Positions 39,262 to 48,922 of a DNA stretch of 64,000 nt are shown here, piece after piece; position 1 is the first letter of the stretch, and each line of letters opens with the position of its first letter. Made by a program: the position numbers and the translations under genes. The notes beneath the pieces are model-generated. The model was not told the DNA's origin, did not search any database, and saw nothing but the letters and a program-made list of their open reading frames with translations. The DNA is from an uncultured Campylobacterales bacterium (GTDB taxonomy: Bacteria > Campylobacterota > Campylobacteria > Campylobacterales > QNZT01): positions 16,303 through 80,302 of the forward strand of contig CAZLLE010000078.1 in NCBI GenBank assembly GCA_964560425.1, given 5' to 3'.

Positions 39262-39292
39262 TTTACCTTTTAAAATAAGAAACAAGCTTGAA

Positions 39293-41485
39293 TTACTCTG
39301 ATTTGATAGTTATATTATGAATCTTCAATCTAGCCCTATCATCTAAACACCCTATCACATGATCTCCCTCTTCCAAATACAGATATATTGATCTATTAGA
39401 AGTTGATTTTAGAGGTTTTTTATCATCAATAAACCACAAAATATCTTGCTCTTTTGAGAAAGAGGAGCAGTTAAACTTAATTTTTCTAAACTCTTTTGGT
39501 AAATCTCTATTTTGAGTAATTATACTATGGTTAGAAGGAGATGTAATCATTGGTTTATAACTATTCCATACACCAAAACATGAATTATTTTTCAGATCCA
39601 AAATAGATTTAATCACTTTTGTTTTTATCAAAAAAGCCAAAGTTTCAGCTCTTATCAACTCACATGGTAATTTTACTTCAACACCTTTTATTCTCAAATC
39701 TTCTAAAGAGGTTTTGCACTTATCTATTTTGATAGCATCAATACAACGAACACTTTTTATAATATTTTTTGGTTTTTCAAACCATTTTAGTTGCTGTTTT
39801 CTACCCAAATAGTGAAAAATCTCATGAACTACACCCGAAGCACTATTTAGTCCTGTCAAATTTTGAGTTTTTTTACCATTAAAATTACCAAACCAAACCC
39901 CAACACTATATTCAGGTGTATACCCTATAGTAAACATATCTTTTGATGAGGCAGAAGTACCAGTTTTAAAAGCGACTTTCGGGACATCAGCCGTAGATTC
40001 CCAATAACCACTTAGATCCATCCTCGTAGCATCACTAAGTATTTCACTAACTAAGTAGGAAGACTCCTTAGAGAGAATTTTAACTCCAACACTATTTCTA
40101 CTATCACTCATAAGAAAACAAGCATCTTTTTTGACTCCACTATTTGCCAAAGCACTATAAAGAAGAGTTAAATCAAACAGAGATATACCACATCCACCAA
40201 GGGCAATAGAGTCTCCATAATAAAACTTTTCTCTATTAATAGACTTTACACCTGCCTTTTTTAATAATTCATAAAGAGAGTTATCTCTTAGAACATGGTT
40301 GAGAGATACAGCAGGAATATTAAGCGAATATTGAAGAGCCTCCTCAACACTTATAAGACCAGTGGAGCGTTTATTAAAATTTTTGGGAGAGTAGCCTTGA
40401 AAAAAGAGATCAATATCATAAATTTGCTGTTTGGGAGTGATAAACCCCTCATCAAAAGCAAGAGCATAAATAAATGGCTTTAGGGTAGAACCTGCACTTC
40501 TAATCATGCTTACACCATTATTTTCTCCATCATGATCTTTATCATCAAAATTATGTGAACCAACATAAGCCAAAACTTGCATAGTAGGATTATGAATCAC
40601 CACAGCAGAAGCATTATAAGCATCAAAAGATTTTAATTTTTCACTCTGCCTAGATAGAGACTCTTTGACAAATTTTTGCAATTTCAAATCAAGTGTCGTA
40701 TAAATTTGACTGTTCTGAATCCTAATTTGATTAATAAAATGAGGAGCATAAAAAGGTATTTTTATACGCTTTGATATAATATCTTCCAATTTTGCCCTAT
40801 TATACTGATCTTGATTAATCACTCCTTTATTTCGCAGATTTTCCAAAACTCTATCACGGCGTTTTTCTAAATTTTTTTGTCTATCTGGTCTATTTGCATT
40901 TGGATTTTTTGGAATTGTAGTCAAAATAGCAATTTGAGAAATTGTCAAATCATCTAGTTGTTTTTGAAAATAGAACATAGAAGCACTTTTAACTCCCTCA
41001 ATATTACCACCATATGGAGCAAGATTAAAATATAGAGCTAATATCTCATCTTTTGAAAAGTGTAATTCCAATTGAAGAGCATTAAAAATCTCAATTAATT
41101 TATTAAAAATAGTCCTATCTCTTCGATACATCATGCGACTAACTTGCATAGTAATAGTAGAAGCTCCAACTACTCTTTTTCCTATAGTATTTTGAAAAAT
41201 AGCTCGAACAATAGAGAAAGGATTAATCCCAAAGTGATAATAAAAGTATTGATCTTCAAAAGTAATAACACTTTTTTTAAGAAGAGAGGGAATCTCTTTT
41301 GAAGAGATAGAAAAACGCCAAAATCCATCAGAACTTAATTTTAATCTCAAAGGTTTAGAATTCCTATCGTAAATTATAGTTGATGAACATTTGAAGAGTT
41401 TAGTTTTATCTATTGGAAATATAAGATCAACAATTAAAAAAACAACCAAAACAGATAAAATAAAAAATATAAACTTTTTATACAA
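39293..41485 (-). CDS. pbpC: Penicillin-binding protein 1C (bifunctional transglycosylase/transpeptidase-like)
   Basis: GT51 motifs EDQYFYYHFGINP and GASTITMQ. Transpeptidase motifs SAGSTLKP (SxxK), SLN and KTGTS. 730 aa, TTG start, N-terminal TM anchor. Confidence 0.88.
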   Translation of the reverse strand: MYKKFIFFILSVLVVFLIVDLIFPIDKTKLFKCSSTIIYDRNSKPLRLKLSSDGFWRFSISSKEIPSLLKKSVITFEDQYFYYHFGINPFSIVRAIFQNTIGKRVVGASTITMQVSRMMYRRDRTIFNKLIEIFNALQLELHFSKDEILALYFNLAPYGGNIEGVKSASMFYFQKQLDDLTISQIAILTTIPKNPNANRPDRQKNLEKRRDRVLENLRNKGVINQDQYNRAKLEDIISKRIKIPFYAPHFINQIRIQNSQIYTTLDLKLQKFVKESLSRQSEKLKSFDAYNASAVVIHNPTMQVLAYVGSHNFDDKDHDGENNGVSMIRSAGSTLKPFIYALAFDEGFITPKQQIYDIDLFFQGYSPKNFNKRSTGLISVEEALQYSLNIPAVSLNHVLRDNSLYELLKKAGVKSINREKFYYGDSIALGGCGISLFDLTLLYSALANSGVKKDACFLMSDSRNSVGVKILSKESSYLVSEILSDATRMDLSGYWESTADVPKVAFKTGTSASSKDMFTIGYTPEYSVGVWFGNFNGKKTQNLTGLNSASGVVHEIFHYLGRKQQLKWFEKPKNIIKSVRCIDAIKIDKCKTSLEDLRIKGVEVKLPCELIRAETLAFLIKTKVIKSILDLKNNSCFGVWNSYKPMITSPSNHSIITQNRDLPKEFRKIKFNCSSFSKEQDILWFIDDKKPLKSTSNRSIYLYLEEGDHVIGCLDDRARLKIHNITIKSE

Positions 41486-41685
41486 ATAATAACCCTATTT
41501 TAATTTTTTTTATAATAGTATTTTATCTTAATTTTTAAAAATAGGTGTTTTAAAGTAACATTTTTTAATAATAGAGTATAATCTTAAAAAAGCATCTCTC
41601 ATATAAGCTAATATATTATTTTTAACAGATAGAATATAAAGTTAAATATAGTGCTTATTATAAAACTTTTGAATAGGATTTTTGT

Positions 41686-41982
41686 ATGACATTCTTAAAA
41701 AATATATTTGGTGCAAGACATAGCAAGTCTCCAGCTTCTATAGGTAAAAATAGACTAATGGTTATGCTAGAAACAGAACGAACAGATAACCATAGAAATA
41801 GGCGTATTTTAGAGAAACTAAAAGCTGATATATTGAAAGTAATAGTTAGATATGTAGGGGATAATGATGTACAAATCAAAACAAAGAACAATAACAATAT
41901 ATCTATCATGGAGCTAAAATTTAACTTAAGCGAACTTGGTGATAAAACATCAGAAATAGAGAAGGTATTCTCCTCAAATTAA
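41686..41982 (+). CDS. minE: Cell division topological specificity factor MinE
   Basis: N-terminal MTFLKNIFG...ASIGKNRLMVMLETERT and ILKVIVRYV...ISIMELKFNL align block for block with my recollection of H. pylori and E. coli MinE. Confidence 0.75.
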   Translation: MTFLKNIFGARHSKSPASIGKNRLMVMLETERTDNHRNRRILEKLKADILKVIVRYVGDNDVQIKTKNNNNISIMELKFNLSELGDKTSEIEKVFSSN

Positions 41983-42007
41983 CATAAGTACTAAGGTAAT
42001 AATTATA

Positions 42008-42033
42008 TTTGATGGGCAAAAAAACCCACCAAA
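42008..42033. terminator. Hairpin between convergent minE and clpB
   Basis: TTTGATGGG-caaaaaaa-CCCACCAAA, with one mismatch. Confidence 0.5.
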
Positions 42034-42034
42034 C

Positions 42035-44611
42035 TTATGCAAATTTAACTACAATTTCTCCATTTTGGACATCAAAAACCACACTATCACCCTCTTCAAT
42101 TTGATCAGATAAGATCAAATCAGCCAATCTATCTTCAACCTCTTCATACAAAGCTCTTTTAAGAGGTCGAGCACCATAAACAGGATCAAATCCAGCTTCA
42201 CCAATATATTTTTTGGCTTCTTCTGTGAGTGAGATATCAATACCTCTCTCTTTTACCTTTTTCTTGATAGAAGCAAACAATACATCTACAATAGCTGTAA
42301 TTTGCTCTAATCCAAGAGGATTAAATATGATAATATCATCCAACCTATTTAAAAACTCAGGCTTGAAATATTTTTTGAGGTCATCTTTGACCGCTTTTTC
42401 CCGCTCATCCACATTTTCAAATGCCATAATCTTGTCACTTGCAATATTTGAAGTGAGTATAATAATGGTATTTTTAAAATCTACTGTAACACCTTTATTA
42501 TCTGTCAAGCGTCCATCATCCAACACTTGAAGCATTATATTAAATACATCAGGATGAGCTTTTTCAATCTCATCAAACAACAATACACTATAAGGTTTTC
42601 GTCTTACGGCTTCAGTAAGCTGTCCACCCTCATCATATCCAACATATCCAGGAGGAGCACCGACAAGACGACTAACTGCATGTTTCTCCATATATTCACT
42701 CATATCAAATCTAATTAATGATTTTTCATCATCAAATAGAAACTTTGCCAAAGCTTTTGCACTCTCTGTTTTTCCAACACCAGTAGGTCCCAAAAACATG
42801 AAACTACCAATAGGTCTATTTTGATCTGAGAGTCCAGCTTTATTTCTCTTAATAGCTCTTGAAATAGCCTTTAATGCACTATCTTGTCCAATTACTCTCT
42901 TTTTGAGTTCATCTTCTACACCCAAAATTTTCTCTTTATCGCTTTGAAGCATTTTGTTGACTGGTATACCTGTCCATTTGCTTACTATCGTAGCAATCAT
43001 CTCCTCATCTACACTATTTTTGAGTAGAACTCCGCCCTCTTGCATCTTCTCCCATTTTTCGTTGAGTTCTCTATCTCTCTCTTCAAGTTTTGGAATCTCT
43101 CCATACTCAATTTCAGCAGCTTTATTAAAATCCCCCTCCCTTTTGGCAATCTCAGCTTCTCTTTTTAGTTCATCAACTCTCTGTTTAGCTTCGGCAATCT
43201 CTTTAAATACACTCTTTTCATTCTCAAATTGAGTTTCAAGAGAGAGTTTTTCTTCATTTAGATTTGCTACCTCTTTTTCGATCTCTTGAAGTCGATCACT
43301 ATTTTTATCAGATTTTTCCATCTTCAAAGCCTCTTTTTCAACCAAAAGTGTAGCTATCTCTCTTTTTACTTTACTTAAATCAAATGGCTCAGACTCAATT
43401 TGCATCTTCAATTCTGCCGCTGCTTCATCAATAAGATCAATCGCTTTATCAGGCAAATATCTATCAGTAATATATCTACTACTAAGCTTCACGGCCCCAA
43501 TCAACGCACTATCCAAAATCTGTACATTATGGTGAGCTTCTAATCTCTCTTTGATCCCTCTCATGATTTGCAATGCTTCATTTTGGCTAGGTTCATCTAG
43601 TTTTACAGGTTGAAACCTTCTTTGAAGTGCTGCATCTTTCTCAAAATATTTACGATACTCTTTTAGAGTTGTTGCCCCAATAGTATGAAGCTCACCTCTT
43701 GCGAGTGCAGGTTTGAGAATATTGGCAGCATCCATACTGCCTTCACTAGCTCCAGCCCCTACAATAGTATGAATCTCATCAATAAATAGGATTATATTTC
43801 CATCTTTTTTGACCTCTTCAATAATAGCTTTGAGTCTATCTTCAAACTCTCCACGATACTTAGCCCCAGCAATAAGTGTACTCATATCAAGAGATACAAG
43901 TCTTTTATTTTGAAGACTCAAAGGAACCTCTTTATTTGCGATTCTTTGAGCTAATCCCTCTGCCAAAGCCGTTTTACCAACGCCCGGTTCACCCAAAAGA
44001 ATAGGATTATTTTTGGTCTTTCTAATAAGAATCTGCATCATTCTCTGAATCTCTTCATCTCTCCCAATCACAGGATCAAGCTCACCATCTTTGGCTTTTT
44101 GAGTTAGATCAATACCATATTTTTCAAGTGATTCAAGCTTCTCTTCTGCACTCTTAGAGTCAATAGTTCGCCCTCCCCTTATAGACTCAAAAGTTTTCTT
44201 AAACTCTGAAAGATCAAGAAACTTAGATAGTGAATCTTTAAGCTGAGGATTATCAAGATTCGCAACAATCCAAGTATCAAGAGACAAAAACTGATCCCCA
44301 TTTTTGACCATCACCCCTTCTGCCTTTTGCAAAGAAGATGCCAAATTCCTACTAATTTTAATATTCTCTTTAGTTACAGAAGAGACCTTTGGAAATTTCC
44401 CTACAGCACTCTTTACCTCTAATTCAATAGCCGACTTATCCACACTCATTTTATTAAGTGCTTGATTAAGCAAAGATGATGAATTTGTCAACTGCCCCCA
44501 TAAAACATGCAGAGGTTCAACCTCCTGATTTTGACTATGCAAAGCCAAACTAATACCACTCTCTATAGCCTCAGTCATTGCATTTGTAAGTTTTTCAAAT
44601 AAATTATTCAT
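42035..44611 (-). CDS. clpB: Chaperone ClpB (AAA+ disaggregase)
   Basis: Two AAA modules (GEPGVGKTA and GPTGVGKTE), a long middle coiled coil, 858 aa. Confidence 0.97.
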   Translation of the reverse strand: MNNLFEKLTNAMTEAIESGISLALHSQNQEVEPLHVLWGQLTNSSSLLNQALNKMSVDKSAIELEVKSAVGKFPKVSSVTKENIKISRNLASSLQKAEGVMVKNGDQFLSLDTWIVANLDNPQLKDSLSKFLDLSEFKKTFESIRGGRTIDSKSAEEKLESLEKYGIDLTQKAKDGELDPVIGRDEEIQRMMQILIRKTKNNPILLGEPGVGKTALAEGLAQRIANKEVPLSLQNKRLVSLDMSTLIAGAKYRGEFEDRLKAIIEEVKKDGNIILFIDEIHTIVGAGASEGSMDAANILKPALARGELHTIGATTLKEYRKYFEKDAALQRRFQPVKLDEPSQNEALQIMRGIKERLEAHHNVQILDSALIGAVKLSSRYITDRYLPDKAIDLIDEAAAELKMQIESEPFDLSKVKREIATLLVEKEALKMEKSDKNSDRLQEIEKEVANLNEEKLSLETQFENEKSVFKEIAEAKQRVDELKREAEIAKREGDFNKAAEIEYGEIPKLEERDRELNEKWEKMQEGGVLLKNSVDEEMIATIVSKWTGIPVNKMLQSDKEKILGVEDELKKRVIGQDSALKAISRAIKRNKAGLSDQNRPIGSFMFLGPTGVGKTESAKALAKFLFDDEKSLIRFDMSEYMEKHAVSRLVGAPPGYVGYDEGGQLTEAVRRKPYSVLLFDEIEKAHPDVFNIMLQVLDDGRLTDNKGVTVDFKNTIIILTSNIASDKIMAFENVDEREKAVKDDLKKYFKPEFLNRLDDIIIFNPLGLEQITAIVDVLFASIKKKVKERGIDISLTEEAKKYIGEAGFDPVYGARPLKRALYEEVEDRLADLILSDQIEEGDSVVFDVQNGEIVVKFA

Positions 44612-44765
44612 ATTCTACTCCTAAATTTTGAGTAATTATACAACATTGAGTCTATCTTTGTCAAGTATAATTACAAACAAATACTAAAGTTTATTAAAAT
44701 TTTAAGCAGAACTACCCTATTTCAAAATTTTAATATGTTATCATCTCAAATAAAGAGGAGAAATC

Positions 44766-45077
44766 ATGATAGATTTTTTGACATTCAAAACTTTTATAAG
44801 TATAGATGCTTTAATCTTTTTCTATTGTTTGGGTGCGATAATCATGCCTATAGCTATATCATTTTTTACTATTTGGATAGTACAAAAATATAATATTATT
44901 GAAGAGACATATAAAAAAGGTAAAAAATTAATATGGAATTCATTGAGCATAAAACAGAAGATACAAATTGTCTCATGTTTTTTAATATGCTTCTTTTTCA
45001 TGGAACTATTTTGGAGAATGTTATTTGAATTTCTTATCGCATATATGCAGATCCATGATGTATTGGTAGGAGTATAG
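44766..45077 (+). CDS. Small membrane protein (DUF4282-like)
   Basis: RBS AAGAGGAG. Three hydrophobic segments. The MIDFLTFKTFISIDALIFFY start resembles DUF4282 proteins (from memory). Confidence 0.45.
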   Translation: MIDFLTFKTFISIDALIFFYCLGAIIMPIAISFFTIWIVQKYNIIEETYKKGKKLIWNSLSIKQKIQIVSCFLICFFFMELFWRMLFEFLIAYMQIHDVLVGV

Positions 45078-45160
45078 TGAACTACCCCGTCATAAATGAC
45101 AAAGCTTCCTAATATGTAACTCATATTTTAAATTTAATAATTGAATATGTGATTAATATT

Positions 45161-45198
45161 TATACCTATATCGGGGTTAACTCCTAGATATAGGTATA
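45161..45198. terminator. Strong hairpin between convergent genes
   Basis: TATACCTATATC-GGGGTTAACTCCta-GATATAGGTATA. The centre is itself nearly palindromic. Confidence 0.65.
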
Positions 45199-45225
45199 GA
45201 TTTATATGTTTCATCTTTTTACTTT

Positions 45226-45807
45226 TTAGTGGTTTTTTTGTGCATTTGTAAGTATCTGTTTCTCTATATCATTGGCACTATAGCGAGTTTGACTATCAAG
45301 TTCTCCAACCAAATCTTCTCTTATGTAGATTGTTAACTTTGCCAATGCGTATGAGATTTTTTCTCTATCTATTGAGCTTAGATTTCTATCTTCTATATTA
45401 GTATTTAAAACTGATAGAAAATTTTCATACTCATCTAACACTTTAGCAGAAGCAAAAATAGCTAAGCGATGGCTGTTAAATTGCAATTTTACAAAATCTT
45501 TCTCTTGAAGTTGCTCTTTTAAACTTATCTTTTCTAGCATATCTATCAATCTTTGATATGTTTCAGTTTTAAGCTCTATAAACTTAATACTCTGCTCTTT
45601 TTTAAGTTCTACCTCTGTCTGTTTGTTTAAAAGCATAGCTGTTATCAAAATAGTTGCCAAAGTTCCCAATACTACTAAAATAATCTCTTGAGTAAAAGGG
45701 AATTTATCAGAGATATTATATGCTAAACGCAAAAAAAGATAACCTCCCACAAATACAAAAGTACTCATGATTAACAAAAAAATATTGTTTTTAAACCAAT
45801 TTTTCAT
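45226..45807 (-). CDS. Hypothetical two-TM membrane protein with helical cytoplasmic domain
   Basis: RBS GAGGA. Two N-terminal TM helices. No family recognised. Confidence 0.5.
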   Translation of the reverse strand: MKNWFKNNIFLLIMSTFVFVGGYLFLRLAYNISDKFPFTQEIILVVLGTLATILITAMLLNKQTEVELKKEQSIKFIELKTETYQRLIDMLEKISLKEQLQEKDFVKLQFNSHRLAIFASAKVLDEYENFLSVLNTNIEDRNLSSIDREKISYALAKLTIYIREDLVGELDSQTRYSANDIEKQILTNAQKNH

Positions 45808-45953
45808 ATAAGATCCTCGTATAATTTCTTTAAAGAATAATCTTTCATTTTAAGCAAAAAAGATTATTCTTCTAAGATTGAAGTAATAACTTCAAATCTT
45901 TTTGCTCAACCAAAATTAACAGCTGAGACTACAGATTTTTCTCCAAAGTTTTG

Positions 45954-46631
45954 TTACACTTCAACCTTTAGCATCTCGTAAGCCCCTTTTTGAAATTCAT
46001 AATCTGTCTTTACTATTTCTGTTTTAAAACCTCTGTTTTGTAAGGTTTCCAAAATAGGTTTTAAATATTCTGACTTATTATTTTTTAAGTCCAAGAGTGG
46101 AAAAATCCTGACCTCTTTTTTTGCAACTCTAGACATTTCAAGTATCGAATTGATATGAAACTCTAAATCAAAGTGTTCACTATATAAAAACAGAAAATGT
46201 GAACTAAGAACTAGATCAAAACTATTATCATCAAATGTAAGTTTTGGTAGTTCTTGGTAAATATATCGACCTTTAGTTTTCCCCTCATGATAATCTTTTA
46301 TAAAATTATCCATCGCACTCAGTCTTATATCAATAAGCTCGTCAACAGATTTGATATTTTTCCAGATAAAATCATTTTGATTTGCTCTAACCTGCTTACT
46401 TACAGTTTTGGAAGTTTTATCAATTCTCTGCTGTATCTCATCTTTTGTAAATTGGTATATCGGATCTATTGAAGTAACATTCCCACCTTGTTTTGTAATT
46501 TCAACATTAAAACTTGAAGGACCATCTCCACAACCTAATATCTTTGATTGTAAATCCTGCTTTGATAATAAAAACATATTTTTATACTCATCAAGGTTCC
46601 TTCCCCAAGGTACTACATTTTCTAATTTCAA
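45954..46631 (-). CDS. Class I SAM-dependent methyltransferase
   Basis: VPWGRNLDEYKNMF N-terminus and the glycine-rich ILGCGDGPSSFN motif. TTG start 8 nt after the upstream stop. Confidence 0.65.
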   Translation of the reverse strand: MKLENVVPWGRNLDEYKNMFLLSKQDLQSKILGCGDGPSSFNVEITKQGGNVTSIDPIYQFTKDEIQQRIDKTSKTVSKQVRANQNDFIWKNIKSVDELIDIRLSAMDNFIKDYHEGKTKGRYIYQELPKLTFDDNSFDLVLSSHFLFLYSEHFDLEFHINSILEMSRVAKKEVRIFPLLDLKNNKSEYLKPILETLQNRGFKTEIVKTDYEFQKGAYEMLKVEV

Positions 46632-46638
46632 TATTTTA

Positions 46639-47826
46639 TTACATTCCTGGAAGTCTAGGGAATTTGCCTAATTTAGAGTTTCTACAGTACCAGCCCCAAC
46701 CTTTTTTCATCCAGTGTCCTACTATTGGCATTGGGATCATGAGTCCTCTTTTGTCGTTTCTGTATACGAAGGCAGCACCATCACCGCTGTCCATGACACA
46801 TAATATATTTAGGTGATCAAAGTAGCCTTTTCTCTCTATATTATCGTTTTCCATGGCATTGATATTAAATGCTACATTTCTTGCCATGACTTCTGCTATA
46901 TGTCCTTGCTTGGCTCTCCAATCTGGACCATCTAGGGCTACTGAGTCACCTATTGCGAAGATATTGTATTTTTCATTGCTTTCGTCCCAATCATGTTGGA
47001 CTTCACAATAGTCATCTATCAAAATTAGCCCTGCATCATTTAATGGTAAGTCTGAATTTTCAAATACTGCGTGACCGTTTCCAGCAGGGATAAACATTGT
47101 AAAATCACTCTCTAGTTTTGAGTCATCTTCAAATACGATTCCATCTTGTTCAAAATTTTTGATTTTTTTACCAAAGTGTTTATTGATATTTAGTTTTTTG
47201 AAAAAAACATCCATCATTTTTAGAGCTTGAGGTCCCATTCTTGCACCGGGTTCTTTCATAGGAGCGAAGAAAGTTAACTCAAATTTATCTCTTATTCCCA
47301 ATTTTTTGAGTTGGTTATGCACATTGAAAAGAAGCTCAAATCCTGGTCCTCCTCGTACATTACTAGGATCTTTTGGGTTTCCTCCAAATCCCATAGCAAT
47401 TTTACCACTCCCTTTTTTGATAAGCTCATCTAATCTATCTCGAATAAGAAGAGAATCTTCTGGTTTTCCACAGATTGATAGTGTATTTTCTAGACCTTTA
47501 TGTTTCATTTTGCCAGAACCTATTGCTATGACTAAATAATCAAAATCATTAAAGGTATTATTTTTACAAACTACCTTTTTCTCTTTGCTTCTGATCTCTT
47601 TGACACTATCTTTTACCCATCTAAATTTATGAGCTTTACTAAGACCTTCCATTGGAATACAGACATCTTCAAATTCACTTTTTCTTACTGGAATCCAAAT
47701 AGATGTAGGAAAAATAAACATATAATCCCTATCACTCACAAGTGTTACATCATGATTATCTTTTCTCAAAAATATTGCAGCTTCCACACCAGCAAATCCC
47801 CCGCCAAGAACTAAAACTTTAGCCAT
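46639..47826 (-). CDS. FAD-dependent pyridine nucleotide-disulfide oxidoreductase (sulfide:quinone reductase / NDH-2 family)
   Basis: N-terminal KVLVLGGGFAGVEAA dinucleotide fold and C-terminal FAIGDS motif, 395 aa. The subtype cannot be assigned by eye. Confidence 0.7.
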   Translation of the reverse strand: MAKVLVLGGGFAGVEAAIFLRKDNHDVTLVSDRDYMFIFPTSIWIPVRKSEFEDVCIPMEGLSKAHKFRWVKDSVKEIRSKEKKVVCKNNTFNDFDYLVIAIGSGKMKHKGLENTLSICGKPEDSLLIRDRLDELIKKGSGKIAMGFGGNPKDPSNVRGGPGFELLFNVHNQLKKLGIRDKFELTFFAPMKEPGARMGPQALKMMDVFFKKLNINKHFGKKIKNFEQDGIVFEDDSKLESDFTMFIPAGNGHAVFENSDLPLNDAGLILIDDYCEVQHDWDESNEKYNIFAIGDSVALDGPDWRAKQGHIAEVMARNVAFNINAMENDNIERKGYFDHLNILCVMDSGDGAAFVYRNDKRGLMIPMPIVGHWMKKGWGWYCRNSKLGKFPRLPGM

Positions 47827-47992
47827 ATTAAATCCCTATAAATAATTTTTGGGATATTATACATAATATTGACGCTTTAAGTCAAGAAAATTAAGATTTT
47901 TTACACCACTTAAAAAATTAAAACATCAATACATAAACAATATTTAAGGCTCTTGTGCTAAAATAAGCGACAAAAATTCCAAAGGAAAAATA

Positions 47993-48250
47993 ATGGCACA
48001 TAAGAAAGGTCAGGGTAGTACCCAGAATAATAGAGATTCAGCAGGACGAAGACTAGGCGTAAAGAAATTTGGTGGAGAGTTCGTAAGAGCAGGTAATATT
48101 ATCATCAGACAAAGAGGCACAAAAGTTCATGTTGGTGAAAATGTAGGTATTGGTAAAGATCATACAATCTTTGCACTAATAGACGGTCATGTAAAGTTTC
48201 AAAAGAAAGATAAACAAAGAAATAAAGTTTCTGTTATTCCAGCAGCATAA
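47993..48250 (+). CDS. rpmA: 50S ribosomal protein L27
   Basis: [24 protein letters not shown]...GTKVH is a near-universal L27 sequence. Confidence 0.97.
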   Translation: MAHKKGQGSTQNNRDSAGRRLGVKKFGGEFVRAGNIIIRQRGTKVHVGENVGIGKDHTIFALIDGHVKFQKKDKQRNKVSVIPAA

Positions 48251-48266
48251 TTTTAATCTAAAGTAG

Positions 48267-48289
48267 ATAGGTAGATTAAATCTACCTAT
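48267..48289. terminator. Hairpin between convergent rpmA and the 48286 gene
   Basis: ATAGGTAGATT-a-AATCTACCTAT arms. The effective loop is larger than 1 nt. Confidence 0.6.
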
Positions 48290-48759
48290 TTAGCACTCTG
48301 CATACATTTTGCCATATCAGACATTACTTTAGCTTTTTTTATACATGGCAGAGCTTTTTCCATACGAGCTATTTGTTTATCCATTTCAGGAATAATTTTA
48401 TTTTTTTCCTCTTTATTCCACTCAAAATCACTCTCTTCTTCATCACTCTCATCAAGACCAAGTTTTTTTGCCAATTTTCTAGAAGCTTTTTCACATACCT
48501 TAGCATCAGCTTTTGTATCAGCTTTACTTAAACACTCTCTATCCAATTTTAATACTTTAACCATTTTTGGAAGTTGATCTTTTTGCTTCTCTAACATTTT
48601 TTTAGCCATGTTTGAACTATTCATAGCTTTCATCATGAGTGCTTTTTGCTCCTCTTTGGTCATGTTTGGATTTGCTTTCATCTTCTCTTGTATATCAGCC
48701 ATCATAGCTCCAAGCTCTTTCATCTGCTCTGCCTTATCTGATGTGGCATCTGCAAACAC
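48286..48759 (-). CDS. Met/Lys-rich probable periplasmic protein; true start probably upstream of the annotated GTG
   Basis: The in-frame upstream extension encodes a signal-peptide-like KKYLSKLAIISILFSTTVVFA-DA but contains no ATG/GTG/TTG before the in-frame TAA at 48847-48849. Confidence 0.5.
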   Translation of the reverse strand: MFADATSDKAEQMKELGAMMADIQEKMKANPNMTKEEQKALMMKAMNSSNMAKKMLEKQKDQLPKMVKVLKLDRECLSKADTKADAKVCEKASRKLAKKLGLDESDEEESDFEWNKEEKNKIIPEMDKQIARMEKALPCIKKAKVMSDMAKCMQSAK

Positions 48760-48922
48760 AACCGTTGTTGAAAATAGAATTGAGATGATAGCTAGCTTAC
48801 TTAAATATTTTTTCCTGTTTTTACCCTTAATTTTAAATATTAAGCATTATATAATAATTTGGAAAGATTTTGAAGAGAGTGGGCAAAAAGCCCACCATGT
48901 TTGTATAGATAAAGATTAGTGA

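Noticed and set aside
41658-41909. An 83-aa minus-strand ORF opposite minE.
   Set aside because: The plus-strand frame gives a block-for-block MinE match. The minus-strand product is hydrophobic low-complexity sequence with no RBS.
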